This document shows positions 38,367-48,844 of a stretch of DNA of 64,000 nt, piece after piece. The stretch comes from Croceibacterium sp. (GTDB lineage Bacteria > Pseudomonadota > Alphaproteobacteria > Sphingomonadales > Sphingomonadaceae), in assembly GCA_039920725.1 (NCBI GenBank), contig JBDSDC010000145.1, positions 14,080-78,079 of the forward strand, given 5' to 3'. The notes under the pieces are model-generated. The model saw only the letters and a program-made list of their open reading frames with translations. It searched no databases and had not been told where the DNA came from. The stretch's first letter is position 1. Each line of letters starts with the position of its first letter. The translations under genes and the position numbers were made by a program.

Positions 38367-39641
38367 GTGGACACCATCTTCGCGTTGTCGAGCGGCATCC
38401 CGCCCGCCGGCATCGCGGTCGTGCGGATCAGCGGATCCGCTGCCGGGCCGGCCTTCGTAGCCTTGGCGGGCGCCTTGCCGGATCCCCGCCGCGCCAGCCT
38501 TGTCAGCTTACACGACGAAACCGGGGAGTTGCTCGATCGGGGCCTGGCCCTGTGGTTTCCCGGGCCGAACACGGTGACCGGCGAGGACCTCGCTGAACTT
38601 CACCTTCATGGCGGCAGGGCGGTGGTGTCGGCGGTCGAAGCCGCGCTCAGCCGCCGGGCCGGCCTGCGCCGCGCCGAGCCGGGCGAATTCACCCGGCGGG
38701 CGTTTGCCAACGGGCGGATCGATCTCGCGGAGGCCGAGGGTCTCGCGGACCTGCTCGAAGCCGAAACCGAGCTCCAGCGCGTGGTCGCCCTGTCTGCCGC
38801 GGGAGGGGCGCTGTCGCGCCGAGTCGAGGGTTGGCGCGAGCGCTTGCTGACGCTTTCGGCCGTGGTCGAAGCCGCGCTTGACTTCGGCGACGAGGACGAT
38901 GCCGCAGCTCTCCCCGCGACATTTGCGCAAGACGTTGCGGCGCTCGCCGGCGAGCTCGAAGCGGCCTTGGCCGAGCCCTCGACCGACGTGCTGCGCGAGG
39001 GCTTCCGGGTCGTCCTCGCGGGACCACCAAACGTAGGTAAATCAAGCTTGTTCAATGTGTTAGTTGATAGCGAGGCGGCCATCACGACGCCCGAGCCGGG
39101 AACCACTCGCGACGTCCTCGAGCGGTCGGTCGCGGTCGCCGGGATTCCGTTTACCTTTGTCGATACAGCTGGCCTGAGGGCCGACGGCAGCGATCCGGTG
39201 GAACGGATCGGCATCGCCCGCGCCGGGACGGAAATCGAGCGCGCGGGCCTGGTCTTGTGGCTTGGTCCGGAATCGCGCGGACCCGCGGGCGCGTGGGAGA
39301 TCGAACCGCAAAGCGATCGTCCGGATTGGCCGAAGAAGTCCGCGCCGCGGCACCGGGTATCGGCGGTCACGCAAAGTGGGATCGCCGAACTCCGTGCCGA
39401 TCTAGTTGTCCACGCGAGGTCCGCTTTGCCCCGTCCGGGACAGGCGTCCCTAAATGGGCGCCAGCGTCGCCATCTCGTCGATGCCGCTGAGGCCCTTGAG
39501 GTGGCACAGGACAGGCGCAATGCCTTGATAATAGCCGAAGAACTTCGGATAGCCCGAACTGCATTCGACAAGCTGACCGGGCGCGCCGGAACCGAGGATG
39601 TTCTCGACGCGCTATTCGGCAGGTTTTGTATCGGCAAATGA
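38367..39641 (+). CDS. mnmE: tRNA modification GTPase MnmE
   Basis: DTIFALSS; GEFTRRAF; GPPNVGKSS; GTTRD; DTAG; FCIGK. Confidence 0.96.
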   Translation: MDTIFALSSGIPPAGIAVVRISGSAAGPAFVALAGALPDPRRASLVSLHDETGELLDRGLALWFPGPNTVTGEDLAELHLHGGRAVVSAVEAALSRRAGLRRAEPGEFTRRAFANGRIDLAEAEGLADLLEAETELQRVVALSAAGGALSRRVEGWRERLLTLSAVVEAALDFGDEDDAAALPATFAQDVAALAGELEAALAEPSTDVLREGFRVVLAGPPNVGKSSLFNVLVDSEAAITTPEPGTTRDVLERSVAVAGIPFTFVDTAGLRADGSDPVERIGIARAGTEIERAGLVLWLGPESRGPAGAWEIEPQSDRPDWPKKSAPRHRVSAVTQSGIAELRADLVVHARSALPRPGQASLNGRQRRHLVDAAEALEVAQDRRNALIIAEELRIARTAFDKLTGRAGTEDVLDALFGRFCIGK

Positions 39642-39657
39642 TGTTTCACGTGGAACA
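39642..39657. promoter_or_regulatory. parS site 1
   Basis: TGTTTCACGTGGAACA, 15/16 match to TGTTTCACGTGAAACA. Confidence 0.9.
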
Positions 39658-39664
39658 TCGCGCT

Positions 39665-39699
39665 TTGACCCTTCCGGGGCGCCGGCGTAGAGGCGCGCC
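39665..39699 (+). promoter_or_regulatory. mnmG operon promoter (leaderless geometry)
   Basis: TTGACC-N17-TAGAGG-N6-ATG. Confidence 0.6.
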
Positions 39700-41547
39700 A
39701 TGATTCAGTTCGACGTCATCGTCATCGGCGGCGGCCACGCGGGTTGCGAGGCGGCGGCAGTGGCGGCGCGCATGGGCGCCCGTACGGCGCTGGTTTCGTT
39801 CGACCTCGATATGATCGGCGCGATGAGCTGCAATCCGGCGATCGGCGGGCTCGGCAAAGGGCACTTGGTACGCGAGGTCGATGCGTTCGATGGCTTGATC
39901 GGCCGCGCGGCCGATGCCGCCGCGATCCATTACCGGATGCTCAACCGGTCCAAGGGTAGCGCCGTGTGGGGCCCGCGCGTCCAGGCCGATCGCAGTTTGT
40001 TTAAGGGTGCCATACAGGTCGCGCTACATGCGCAACCGAACCTGACCTTTATCGAGGGCGAGGCGGCCTCGCTAAAAGTTTTAGGTGGATCGGTTGTCGG
40101 GATCGAGTTTGCGGATGGGACCGACCTGGGTTCGCGAGCAGTAATCTTGTGCACCGGCACATTTCTGGGCGCCCGGTTGTTTCGCGGCGAAGAGACGATG
40201 GACGGTGGGAGGGTCGGCGAACAGGCCGCAAGCCGGATGGCCAGTCAGCTTCGCGAGCTTGCGTTGCCGCTCGCCCGGCTAAAGACAGGGACGCCGCCTC
40301 GCCTCGACGGGCGAACGATAGACTGGGCCCGTCTGGCCGAGCAGCCGTCCGACAGCGAGCCCTGGACGATGTCTCCGATGACGCCCAAGCGCTTGAATTC
40401 GCAGCTTTTCTGCGCGATCACGCGGACCAGCGCGCGCAGTCATGACATCGTTCGGGCAAACCTTGATCGCTCGCCGATGTTTACCGGGGCAATTGAGGCG
40501 GCCGGGCCGCGTTATTGCCCGTCGATCGAAGATAAGATTCATCGCTTTGGAGATCGTGACGGGCATCAGATCTTCCTCGAGCCCGAAGGCCTGTCGACGC
40601 CGCTGGTCTATCCCAATGGGATCAGCACGTCGCTGCCGGCGGATGTCCAGTTGGCCATGCTCCGCGCCATCGACGGACTGGAGCGCGTGGACATGGCCGT
40701 GCCGGGCTACGCGGTCGAATACGATTACCTCGACCCTCGCTCGCTCGGCCGCGATCTCCAGCTTCGCGCGTTGCCGGGGCTCTACTGTGCGGGCCAGATC
40801 AACGGCACGACCGGTTACGAAGAAGCGGCCGCGCAGGGCCTGGTCGCCGGAATGAACGCCGCTGCCGCGTGCCTGGGCACCGAGCCGGCCCCGCTCGACC
40901 GGGGCAATTCGTATATCGCGGTAATGATCGACGATCTCACCTTGCAGGGGGTCAACGAGCCTTACCGGATGCTGACCGCGCGCGCCGAGTACCGGCTGCG
41001 GCTGCGCGCCAACAACGCGGTTACCCGGCTGACCGGGCTGGCCATCCAGGCGGGCTGCGTCGGGACCGAGCGGCGCCGGTGGTACGAGAAGCGCGAGCGC
41101 GAACGCGCGCGCTGGTCCGCCGAATTAGCCTCGGAGATCGCCGCGACCGAGCTTGCCGATGCGGGCGTGCCCGTCCGGCGCGACCTAGGGCTCAAGCCGC
41201 TGAGAGAATGGCTTCGCTATCCGGACGTCGATCTCGCTGCGTTGGCGCTGTGGCTGCCGGCCGAGTTCGATATCTCGGCTGACGTGGCCGGGGAAGCGGT
41301 CGAGGACGCGCTTTATGCGCCCTATCTTGCGCGCCAGGAGGGAGAGCTGCGCGAAATGCGCGCGGGCGAAGGTCTCCGGCTGGGCGCCGGCTTTCCGTTC
41401 GCACGGGTTCCGGGCCTCTCGCGCGAAATGATCGAGCGGCTGACCGCGGCGGCGCCCGACACGCTGGCGTCCGCCTCGCGGGTGCGCGGAATCACGCCCG
41501 CGGCGCTTTCGGCGGTGCTCGTCTACGCGAAGCGGCGCGCGGCATGA
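39700..41547 (+). CDS. mnmG: tRNA modification enzyme MnmG (GidA)
   Basis: [11 protein letters not shown]; MSCNPAIGG; [10 protein letters not shown]; [11 protein letters not shown]; [16 protein letters not shown]. Confidence 0.98.
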   Translation: MIQFDVIVIGGGHAGCEAAAVAARMGARTALVSFDLDMIGAMSCNPAIGGLGKGHLVREVDAFDGLIGRAADAAAIHYRMLNRSKGSAVWGPRVQADRSLFKGAIQVALHAQPNLTFIEGEAASLKVLGGSVVGIEFADGTDLGSRAVILCTGTFLGARLFRGEETMDGGRVGEQAASRMASQLRELALPLARLKTGTPPRLDGRTIDWARLAEQPSDSEPWTMSPMTPKRLNSQLFCAITRTSARSHDIVRANLDRSPMFTGAIEAAGPRYCPSIEDKIHRFGDRDGHQIFLEPEGLSTPLVYPNGISTSLPADVQLAMLRAIDGLERVDMAVPGYAVEYDYLDPRSLGRDLQLRALPGLYCAGQINGTTGYEEAAAQGLVAGMNAAAACLGTEPAPLDRGNSYIAVMIDDLTLQGVNEPYRMLTARAEYRLRLRANNAVTRLTGLAIQAGCVGTERRRWYEKRERERARWSAELASEIAATELADAGVPVRRDLGLKPLREWLRYPDVDLAALALWLPAEFDISADVAGEAVEDALYAPYLARQEGELREMRAGEGLRLGAGFPFARVPGLSREMIERLTAAAPDTLASASRVRGITPAALSAVLVYAKRRAA

Positions 41548-42164
41548 ACGAAGCCGAAGCGCGGGCCTATTGCGCCGAAAGGCTCGACGCGGAAGCGATG
41601 GGCCGGCTGGACCGGCTCGCGCTTGCCTTGCGCGAGGAGAATGGCCGCCAAAACCTGGTCTCCTCGGCCAGTTTGAACGCAATATGGCAGCGCCATTTCG
41701 CCGACAGCATCCAGTTGCTCGATTATCTACCGCCAGACGGCGGGGTCGTGCTCGATCTCGGCAGCGGCGCGGGTTTTCCGGGCTTGCCTTTGGCCATTGC
41801 GCGGCCCGACCGGCGACTGATCTTGGTCGAATCGCGCAAGAGGCGAGTCGAATGGCTCGAACGGTGCGCCCAAGATCTGGACCTGGCGAATGTGGACCCC
41901 ATCGGCACGCGCCTCGAGAGCCTTGAACAGCTGAGCGCGGGGGCAATTACCGCCCGCGCGTTCGCCCCGCTCGACAAGTTGTTGCGCTTGTCCGCCCGCT
42001 TTTCCACACCGGACACCGTGTGGCTGTTGCCGAAAGGCAGGTCGGCGGCGCAAGAATTGGCCCACCAGCCGGCATCGATCCAGCGCATGTTTCACGTGGA
42101 ACAGTCGATGACCGACGCGGACAGTGGAATCCTGATCGGGCGAGGAGTCCCGCCACACCCATGA
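41544..42164 (+). CDS. rsmG: 16S rRNA m7G527 methyltransferase RsmG (GidB)
   Basis: RHFADS; [10 protein letters not shown]; TARAFA; KG. Confidence 0.95.
   Translation: MNEAEARAYCAERLDAEAMGRLDRLALALREENGRQNLVSSASLNAIWQRHFADSIQLLDYLPPDGGVVLDLGSGAGFPGLPLAIARPDRRLILVESRKRRVEWLERCAQDLDLANVDPIGTRLESLEQLSAGAITARAFAPLDKLLRLSARFSTPDTVWLLPKGRSAAQELAHQPASIQRMFHVEQSMTDADSGILIGRGVPPHP
42088..42103. promoter_or_regulatory. parS site 2 (inside rsmG)
   Basis: Identical TGTTTCACGTGGAACA, read in frame as MFHVEQ. Confidence 0.88.
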
Positions 42165-42937
42165 TTTCGATCGCAATCGCCAATCAGAAGGGCGGAGTGG
42201 GCAAGACCACCACCGCGATAAACATCGCCACCGCGATGGCGGCCGCCGGCTGGCGCACTCTGCTGGTCGATTGCGATCCCCAAGGCAACGCCTCGACCGG
42301 CCTGGGAATTGCCATGCAGGATCGCGATCGATCGAGCTACGACTTGCTGATAGAACACATGCCTTTGGCGGAATGCGCGATTGGCACGAACATTCCAGGC
42401 CTTGATATCGTTCCGGCGACCCAGGACTTGAGCGGAGCGGAAGTCGAGCTGGTCGGGGTCGAGGACCGTACCGGCCGGCTCGCGGCCGCCTTGCGCGCCT
42501 CGACCGACTACGACGTGTGCTTCATCGACTGCCCGCCCTCGCTCGGCCTACTGACGCTGAACGCGCTCACCGCGGCCGATTCGCTGCTCGTCCCGCTCCA
42601 GTGTGAATTCTTTGCATTAGAGGGGCTTAGCCACCTTCTGCACACGGTCGAGCAAGTCCAGAGACGGTTCAATTCGTCCTTGGGGATCGTGGGAATCGTG
42701 CTGACGATGTTCGACCGCCGCAATCGCCTGACCGATCAGGTGGCCGATGACGTGCGCGGCTGCCTCGGCCGGCTGGTGTTCGATTCGGTCATTCCGCGCA
42801 ACGTGCGTTTGTCCGAAGCGCCCAGCCACGGGAAGCCGGCGCTGATCTATGACCATTCGTGCGCCGGCAGCCGCGCCTATATCGCGCTCGCGCGGGAACT
42901 GATCGGGCGCCTGACCCAGGAAAGGAAGGCCGCATGA
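42161..42937 (+). CDS. parA: Chromosome partitioning ATPase ParA
   Basis: NQKGGVGKTTT; D.DPQGNA; DCPPSLG; IPRNVRLSEAPSHG. Confidence 0.96.
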   Translation: MISIAIANQKGGVGKTTTAINIATAMAAAGWRTLLVDCDPQGNASTGLGIAMQDRDRSSYDLLIEHMPLAECAIGTNIPGLDIVPATQDLSGAEVELVGVEDRTGRLAAALRASTDYDVCFIDCPPSLGLLTLNALTAADSLLVPLQCEFFALEGLSHLLHTVEQVQRRFNSSLGIVGIVLTMFDRRNRLTDQVADDVRGCLGRLVFDSVIPRNVRLSEAPSHGKPALIYDHSCAGSRAYIALARELIGRLTQERKAA

Positions 42938-43887
42938 GCACGGGCGACACGAGCGAAGCGAAGCCGATCGCGCGCCGGCTCGGGCGCGGCCTTGGCGCGT
43001 TGCTGGGCGAAGCCCGCCGCGAGGAGCCGCTGGCTTCGGCGCGCGAGCCCGAGCCAGCTGGCGCGAGCCGAACACCCCCGGCTTCCGGCACGGGCGGCGG
43101 ACTGACCAGCCTGGCAGTGGCCGAGATCGACCCGCACCCCGACCAGCCGCGCCGTCATTTCGACGAGGAAGCGCTGGCCGAGCTCGCCTCATCGATCGCG
43201 GCGCGCGGCATGATTCAGCCGATCATCGTCCGCCGTCTTCCTAACGGGCGACACCAACTGGTCGCCGGCGAACGCCGCTGGCGGGCCGCGCAGCGCGCCC
43301 AACTCCATGAAATACCAGCCTTAGTTCGCGATCTGTCGGATCGCGATGTCACGGCATTGGCGCTGATCGAGAATCTCCAGCGGGAGGATCTCAACCCGGT
43401 CGAGGAAGCGCGCGCCTATCACCGCCTGGCCGAGCACGAAGCCATGACTCAGGCCGAGATCGCGCGGCTGGTCGACAAGTCCCGCAGTCATGTGGCCAAT
43501 CTCCAGCGGCTTCTCACGCTTCCCGCCGCGGTGCTTGAACATCTCGAGGCCGGCCGGCTCGACATGGGTCACGCGCGCGCGCTGATCGGGCGGGACGATG
43601 CCGAAGCGCTGGCCGATCGCGCGGTGGCGCAGAAGCTGTCGGTTCGCGAAGTGGAGAAACTGGCCCGCAAGCCGGCTCAGCGCCGGCAACCGCGCCCAGC
43701 AGTCACTGGCTATGCCATCCATCAGGCCGACATCGCCGCGGTCCAGGCGCATCTCGAGGAATTGCTCGGCCTGAAGGTCAAGATCGCCGCAGACGCGGAT
43801 CCCCGCTCGGGCGCGGTGACGGTGCGCTATCGCACGCTCGACCAGCTCGACCTGATTTGTCAGCGTCTGACTGGCGGCGGGATCTAA
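42934..43887 (+). CDS. parB: Chromosome partitioning protein ParB
   Basis: LGRGLGALL; QPRR; AGERRWRA; ENLQREDL; HTH. Confidence 0.96.
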   Translation: MSTGDTSEAKPIARRLGRGLGALLGEARREEPLASAREPEPAGASRTPPASGTGGGLTSLAVAEIDPHPDQPRRHFDEEALAELASSIAARGMIQPIIVRRLPNGRHQLVAGERRWRAAQRAQLHEIPALVRDLSDRDVTALALIENLQREDLNPVEEARAYHRLAEHEAMTQAEIARLVDKSRSHVANLQRLLTLPAAVLEHLEAGRLDMGHARALIGRDDAEALADRAVAQKLSVREVEKLARKPAQRRQPRPAVTGYAIHQADIAAVQAHLEELLGLKVKIAADADPRSGAVTVRYRTLDQLDLICQRLTGGGI

Positions 43888-43940
43888 CCCGAGCCGCACA
43901 AGTAGCGCTGCGCGACTTTCGGAGGGCCAAAACAGGCCGC

Positions 43941-44423
43941 TCAGATACGCTCGGCGATGAGCGCGGCGAGCGCTTCGATCCCCGCACGGTCCTCGCCGTC
44001 GAACCGGCCGGGCCGGGGACTATCGAGATCGATCAACGCTATGACCTCGCCCGCGCGGACGACCGGCACGACCAGCTCGGAGCGGCTGTCCGCATCGCAC
44101 GCGATGTGCCCGGGGAACGCGTGAACATCGGCCACCACCTGGCTTTCGCCGCTTGCCGCCGCGGCGCCGCACACGCCCTGGCCGATGGCGATGCGGATGC
44201 AGGCCGGCTTGCCGCAGAACGGTCCCAGAATGAGCTCGCCGGCGATCGCGCGATAGAATCCCGCCCAGTTTAGATCGGGAACCTGCTGCCAGATCAGCGC
44301 GGCGATATTGGCCATGTTGGCGACCGCGTCCGGTTCGCCAGAGGTCAACGCGTCGGCCGCCCGCGCCAGTTCGCGGTAGAGCTCGGATTTGGGGTGGGCG
44401 GAATCGGCGGAGAAGGCGGACAT
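43941..44423 (-). CDS. msrC: GAF-domain protein (free Met-R-sulfoxide reductase-like)
   Basis: NWAGFY; LGPF.GKPAC; GVCG; FPGHIACD..SRSELVVP; DLDS. Confidence 0.87.
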   Translation of the reverse strand: MSAFSADSAHPKSELYRELARAADALTSGEPDAVANMANIAALIWQQVPDLNWAGFYRAIAGELILGPFCGKPACIRIAIGQGVCGAAAASGESQVVADVHAFPGHIACDADSRSELVVPVVRAGEVIALIDLDSPRPGRFDGEDRAGIEALAALIAERI

Positions 44424-44487
44424 CGGCAAACCGCCTAGCCCGGGTATATCGTTGCCGCAAAGGCGCGCTTCGCTTATCCGTCGGCCC

Positions 44488-45942
44488 ATGCTCAAGAAAC
44501 TCGTCATCGCCCTCGGTATCATCGTGCTGCTGCTGGTCGCCGCCGGTTGGTGGATCGTGCGGGGCAGCCCTGCACAATATTCGCTCGCGGCGGTCACCGG
44601 CACCGATCCCAAGTTGGCAGCGCCCGACCCGCAGACGATTCCCACGGTCGACGTGGCCAAGCCGGTCGGATGGGGCCCCTCAGGTGTGCCGGTCGCCGCG
44701 CCGGGGCTGACGGTGACCCGCTTCGCGGCCGGTCTCGAGCACCCGCGGATCATGTACTCGATGCCCAACGGCGACATCCTGGTTTCGGAAAGCAACGCCC
44801 CGGCCAGGGTGATCGCAGGCGGCAATGCGATCACGAATATGGTGGCGGGTTTCCTGTTCCGCCGCGCGGGCGCCTCGGTCCCGTCGCCCAACAAGCTGGT
44901 GCTGCTGCGCGACGCCGATGGCGACGGCGTGGCCGAGAGCCGCTACGTGCTGCGCAGCGACCTGGCGTCGCCGGGCGGGATCGCGTGGCGCGCCGGCAAG
45001 CTCTACATCGCCAACCACAATGCGCTGCTGCGGTTCGATTACCCCGCGGGCGCGACCGCGCTCAGCGGCGCTCCGGTCAAGCTGATGGACTTGCCCGGCG
45101 CGGGCAATCACTGGATGCGCAACCTGCTGCTGAGCGAGGACGGAACCAAGCTCTACGTTTCGGTCGGCTCGTCGTCGAACATTGCCGACGCGGGCATTGC
45201 CGCCGAGGCCAACCGGGCGGCGATCCACGAAGTCGATATCAAGACCGGAGAAGCGCGGCTGTTTGCCCAAGGGTTGCGCAATCCCAACGGCCTTGCGTGG
45301 AACCCGTGGAGCGGAGAGCTGTGGACCACCGTCAACGAGCGCGACCAGCTCGGTTCCGACCTGGTGCCCGATTACATGACCAACGTACCGGTCGGCGCCA
45401 ACTACGGGTGGCCGTGGGTTTACTGGAAGAACATTGTCGACCAGCGGGTCACCATTCCGATGCCGAATTTCCTGACCGAATATACCCGCCGGCCCGAATA
45501 CGCGCTCGGCCCGCACGTGGCCGCGTTGGGCCTCGCCTTTACGCGCGAGGGCAGCCGTCTCGGCCCCAGCTTCGCGCAGGGCGCGTTCATCGCCCGTCAC
45601 GGCAGCTGGAACCGCAAGCCGCCTTCGGGTTACGATGTCGTGTTCGTGCGGTTCGACAGCCGGGGCAACCCGGTCGGCGCACCCGTCCAGGTGCTCCAGA
45701 GCTTCCTTGGCAACAAAGGCGAGACGCACGGGCGGCCGACGTGGGTGGCGTGGGACAAGACCGGCGCCTTGCTGGTCAGCGACGACACCGCGAACATCAT
45801 CTGGCGGGTCAGCGCCCCGGGCGCCGGCCCGGCGCCCGCGCCGAAGCTCAATACCGGCGCGCACTTGCCGCCACAGAAAGAACTGAAGAATGAACCTGGC
45901 GCATTCGCGGCGCCGACAGCAACCGCAAGGCCGGCAGGCTAG
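44488..45942 (+). CDS. Sorbosone dehydrogenase-family (PQQ-dependent sugar dehydrogenase-like) protein
   Basis: N-terminal TM; HPR; LYVSVGSSSN; GLRNPNG; VNERD; HGSWNR. Confidence 0.88.
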   Translation: MLKKLVIALGIIVLLLVAAGWWIVRGSPAQYSLAAVTGTDPKLAAPDPQTIPTVDVAKPVGWGPSGVPVAAPGLTVTRFAAGLEHPRIMYSMPNGDILVSESNAPARVIAGGNAITNMVAGFLFRRAGASVPSPNKLVLLRDADGDGVAESRYVLRSDLASPGGIAWRAGKLYIANHNALLRFDYPAGATALSGAPVKLMDLPGAGNHWMRNLLLSEDGTKLYVSVGSSSNIADAGIAAEANRAAIHEVDIKTGEARLFAQGLRNPNGLAWNPWSGELWTTVNERDQLGSDLVPDYMTNVPVGANYGWPWVYWKNIVDQRVTIPMPNFLTEYTRRPEYALGPHVAALGLAFTREGSRLGPSFAQGAFIARHGSWNRKPPSGYDVVFVRFDSRGNPVGAPVQVLQSFLGNKGETHGRPTWVAWDKTGALLVSDDTANIIWRVSAPGAGPAPAPKLNTGAHLPPQKELKNEPGAFAAPTATARPAG

Positions 45943-46727
45943 AGCGCCTTGCCGGCGCGGCCCGCGAGCTCGACGATGAAGTGCCACGCAACGCGGCCCG
46001 AGCGGGCACCCCGCCGCTTGGCCCATTCGAGCGCCTCGGCGTCGGCATAAGCGAGCCCGTGCGCGGCCGCGTAGCCGCGCACGATCGCCAGGTAATCGTC
46101 CTGCGAGCAGGCGTGGAACCCGAGCGACAGGCCGAAGCGATCGGCCAGCGCGAGTTGATCGTCGAGCGCATCGCGCGGACTGAGCGCGCCCGACCCGTCG
46201 GTGGCCTGCTCGTGCCCTTCGCGCACCACGATCGCGCGGCGATTGGAGGTAACCGCGAGCCGGACATTGGCCGGGCGCGCCTCGACCCCGCCGTCGAGCC
46301 AGCTGCGCAACAGCCGCGGCCCGGCCGCGTCGCCCGGGGCAAAACCGATATCGTCGACGAACACCAGGAAGCGGCGGTCCTCGCGTCCCAGCGCGACGAA
46401 CAGCTCGGCGAGTGACGGCAAGGCGTCGGCGGCGACCTGGACCAGCGCCAGCCGGCCTGGCTGCTCGCGCTGGGCCTCGGCCACCGCGGCGCGCACCAGC
46501 GCCGACTTGCCCATTCCGCGCGCGCCCCACAGCAGCATGTCATGCGCGGCGCTGCCGAGCGCGTGGCGCCCGACGTTCCCGGTCACCGCGTGCTTTTGCT
46601 GCGCGATGCCCTGGAGCAGAGCCAGCGCCGGCGCCTCGATCCGCGCGACCGGCCGGACGCCGTGCCCGGTCCACACATAGGCGGGCGCGGCCGACCATTC
46701 GCCGGGTGGATCGACTTGGTCTTTCAT
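45939..46727 (-). CDS. DUF815-family AAA+ ATPase
   Basis: LLWGARGMGKS; FVDD; TSNRR; LADRFGL; RSGRVAW. Confidence 0.88.
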   Translation of the reverse strand: MKDQVDPPGEWSAAPAYVWTGHGVRPVARIEAPALALLQGIAQQKHAVTGNVGRHALGSAAHDMLLWGARGMGKSALVRAAVAEAQREQPGRLALVQVAADALPSLAELFVALGREDRRFLVFVDDIGFAPGDAAGPRLLRSWLDGGVEARPANVRLAVTSNRRAIVVREGHEQATDGSGALSPRDALDDQLALADRFGLSLGFHACSQDDYLAIVRGYAAAHGLAYADAEALEWAKRRGARSGRVAWHFIVELAGRAGKAL

Positions 46728-46753
46728 CGCTCGCGGGGCTACAGCGCCGAGCC

Positions 46754-47692
46754 ATGAGCGGCAAGCAAACCGAACGGCTGGCGGCGGACGCCGCGGGCCT
46801 CGCGCGCGCCGCGGAACTGTTGCGCGCGGGCGGCCTGGTCGCCCTGCCGACCGAGACGGTCTACGGCCTCGCCGCCCGGGCGGACTGCGAGCCGGCGGTC
46901 GCGGCGATCTTTCGCGCCAAGGGCCGGCCGGAGTTCAACCCGCTGATCGTGCATGTCGCCTCGCTGGCGATGGCCCGCAGCCTCGGGCACTTCGATGACC
47001 GCGCCGATCAATTGGCCAAGGCGTTCTGGCCCGGACCGCTCACCGTTGTGGTGCCGCTGGAGTCCGGCGCGGGCGTCGTGCCAGCGGTTACCGCGGGGCT
47101 GCCCACCATCGCGCTGCGATTGCCGGACCATCCACTGATGCGCGCCGTGCTGGGCGCTCTCGGCGTCCCGCTGGCAGCGCCCTCGGCCAATCGCAGCGGC
47201 GCGGTCAGCCCGACCACCGCCGAGCACGCCGCGCATTCACTCGCGGGGCGGATCGACGCGATCGTCGATGGCGGGCCTGCCGAGCGCGGGCTGGAATCGA
47301 CCATCGTCGCGGTGCGCGAAGGCGGCTGGCAAGTCCTGCGACCCGGGCCGATATCGCATGAACGGATTGCGCGCCTGCTCGGTCCGCCGCTGGCTGCCCG
47401 TTCGTCAGGAATCGAGGCGCCGGGTCAATTGGCGAGCCATTATTCGCCCGGCAAGCCGGTCCGGCTGGACGCACGCTCGGCTGAGGCGAACGAGTTCATG
47501 ATCGGGTTTGGCCCGGTGGAGGGGGATTGCAACCTCGCGCCCGACTCCGATCTCGCGCTGGCCGCGGCGCGCCTTTACGCGTGCCTCCACCAGGCCGCCG
47601 CGTCACCCAGGCCGCGGGTGGCGGTGGCCGCGATTCCCGCGCAGGGAATCGGCGCGGCGATCAACGACCGCCTGCGCCGCGCTGCCAGTTAG
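46754..47692 (+). CDS. tsaC: L-threonylcarbamoyladenylate synthase (Sua5 type)
   Basis: PTETVYGL; KGRP..NPLIVH; AAPSANRSG; APGQL.SHY; DRLRRA. Confidence 0.94.
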   Translation: MSGKQTERLAADAAGLARAAELLRAGGLVALPTETVYGLAARADCEPAVAAIFRAKGRPEFNPLIVHVASLAMARSLGHFDDRADQLAKAFWPGPLTVVVPLESGAGVVPAVTAGLPTIALRLPDHPLMRAVLGALGVPLAAPSANRSGAVSPTTAEHAAHSLAGRIDAIVDGGPAERGLESTIVAVREGGWQVLRPGPISHERIARLLGPPLAARSSGIEAPGQLASHYSPGKPVRLDARSAEANEFMIGFGPVEGDCNLAPDSDLALAAARLYACLHQAAASPRPRVAVAAIPAQGIGAAINDRLRRAAS

Positions 47693-48018
47693 CGTTTGGT
47701 GTCGGCCGGGACGGTCGGCAGCAGCTCGGCGATCTGGGCGGAGACCTTCTCGTCTTGCGTGCAGGCGTCGCGGTCGCCGCGCTGGCATTTGCGGGCGAGC
47801 TTGTCATGTTCGCGCTGCAGGCGGCCGATCTGCTCCTCGCGGCGGCGGACTTCGCGGCCCCGCTTCTGGTCGGCCTCGGCCTGGCTGGTGGTGGCGAGAT
47901 CGACCGCGCGACTGGCGACTTTGACCGGCAAGGTCACCACGTCGAGCGCGGTGTTAAGGAGGCAGCCGCTCAGCATGAGCGCGGCCGCCGGGGCAAGCAG
48001 AAGGGCAGGGCGCGGCAT
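47689..48018 (-). CDS. Small hypothetical lipoprotein
   Basis: LSGC lipobox; VDLATTSQ.E.D..RGR; C..GD..AC. Confidence 0.7.
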   Translation of the reverse strand: MPRPALLLAPAAALMLSGCLLNTALDVVTLPVKVASRAVDLATTSQAEADQKRGREVRRREEQIGRLQREHDKLARKCQRGDRDACTQDEKVSAQIAELLPTVPADTKR

Positions 48019-48080
48019 CGGTCGGCTCCTATTCGTCCCGCACCGCTGGCGCGCCGCCGGTGAGCCTTCGCTGAACGCGC

Positions 48081-48785
48081 TCAGGTCTCGGCCGGCGCCC
48101 GCTCGCACACCAGCGTGCCCGAGCCGATCGAGCTGACGCTGCAGCGGGCCGAGCCGCGCACGATCACGTTGCCCGATCCGAGCAAGCTGGCGGTCACTTC
48201 GCCATCGCAGGCGAAGATCGCATCGCCCGAGCCGGCGAGGTTGACGGTCGCGCCATGCACCATCAGGCCCTCGCCATCGCAGCTCCCGCTGCCGGCGATA
48301 GCCAGCTCGAGCGTGTCGGCGCGCCCGTCGAGCGTCAGGCGGCCGCTGCCGGCGATATGCACCGCCAGCCGTCCGCCGCCGACCGCACCGATCTCGAGCC
48401 GGCCGGATCCGGCCACCGACACTTCGCCATCGGGGGCGAGCGCCGCGCTTTCCATCCGCCCCGATCCGGTGACGGCCAGCGAAAGCGGAGCGGGCAGGGT
48501 GATCCGCACCCGGGTGCCGCCGTCGCCGCCGCTAAGGCCCAGTCTTCCGTCGGACAGCGCGAAGCGAAGGTCCTCGCGGCCGGGACCTTCGTCGACCTCG
48601 ATCAGGAAGTCGTCACCGACGTTCACCACCACATGCCCCGGCCCGGCCAGCGCCACGGCATGCGGCGCGGGGCCGGTCAAGTCGAGCTCGGCCAATGGGA
48701 CACCGGTCGCCGCGGCATCGCGCAAGTGAGTCGCGACATTGCCGGCGATGAAGCCCAAGTTCCTGAACAAGTCGTCAAATCGCAT
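48081..48785 (-). CDS. GIN-domain (DUF2807, beta-solenoid) protein
   Basis: About seven tandem x-x-GSG repeats with ~19-20 aa period; GGAGG SD. Confidence 0.85.
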   Translation of the reverse strand: MRFDDLFRNLGFIAGNVATHLRDAAATGVPLAELDLTGPAPHAVALAGPGHVVVNVGDDFLIEVDEGPGREDLRFALSDGRLGLSGGDGGTRVRITLPAPLSLAVTGSGRMESAALAPDGEVSVAGSGRLEIGAVGGGRLAVHIAGSGRLTLDGRADTLELAIAGSGSCDGEGLMVHGATVNLAGSGDAIFACDGEVTASLLGSGNVIVRGSARCSVSSIGSGTLVCERAPAET

Positions 48786-48802
48786 GGCACCCTCCGCTGC
48801 TC

Positions 48803-48822
48803 TGTACTAGCTCACTAATACA
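48803..48822. promoter_or_regulatory. Palindromic operator (GntR/YtrA-like)
   Basis: TGTACTAG-CTCA-CTAATACA (7/8 palindromic), AT-rich, overlapping the putative -10. Confidence 0.6.
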
Positions 48823-48844
48823 CGAGAGCGAGTGCGCGCTCAAT

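Noticed and set aside
9593-47692. Convergent genes sharing 4-bp stop overlaps (9593, 26407, 45939, 47689)
   Set aside because: Ordinary feature of compact genomes
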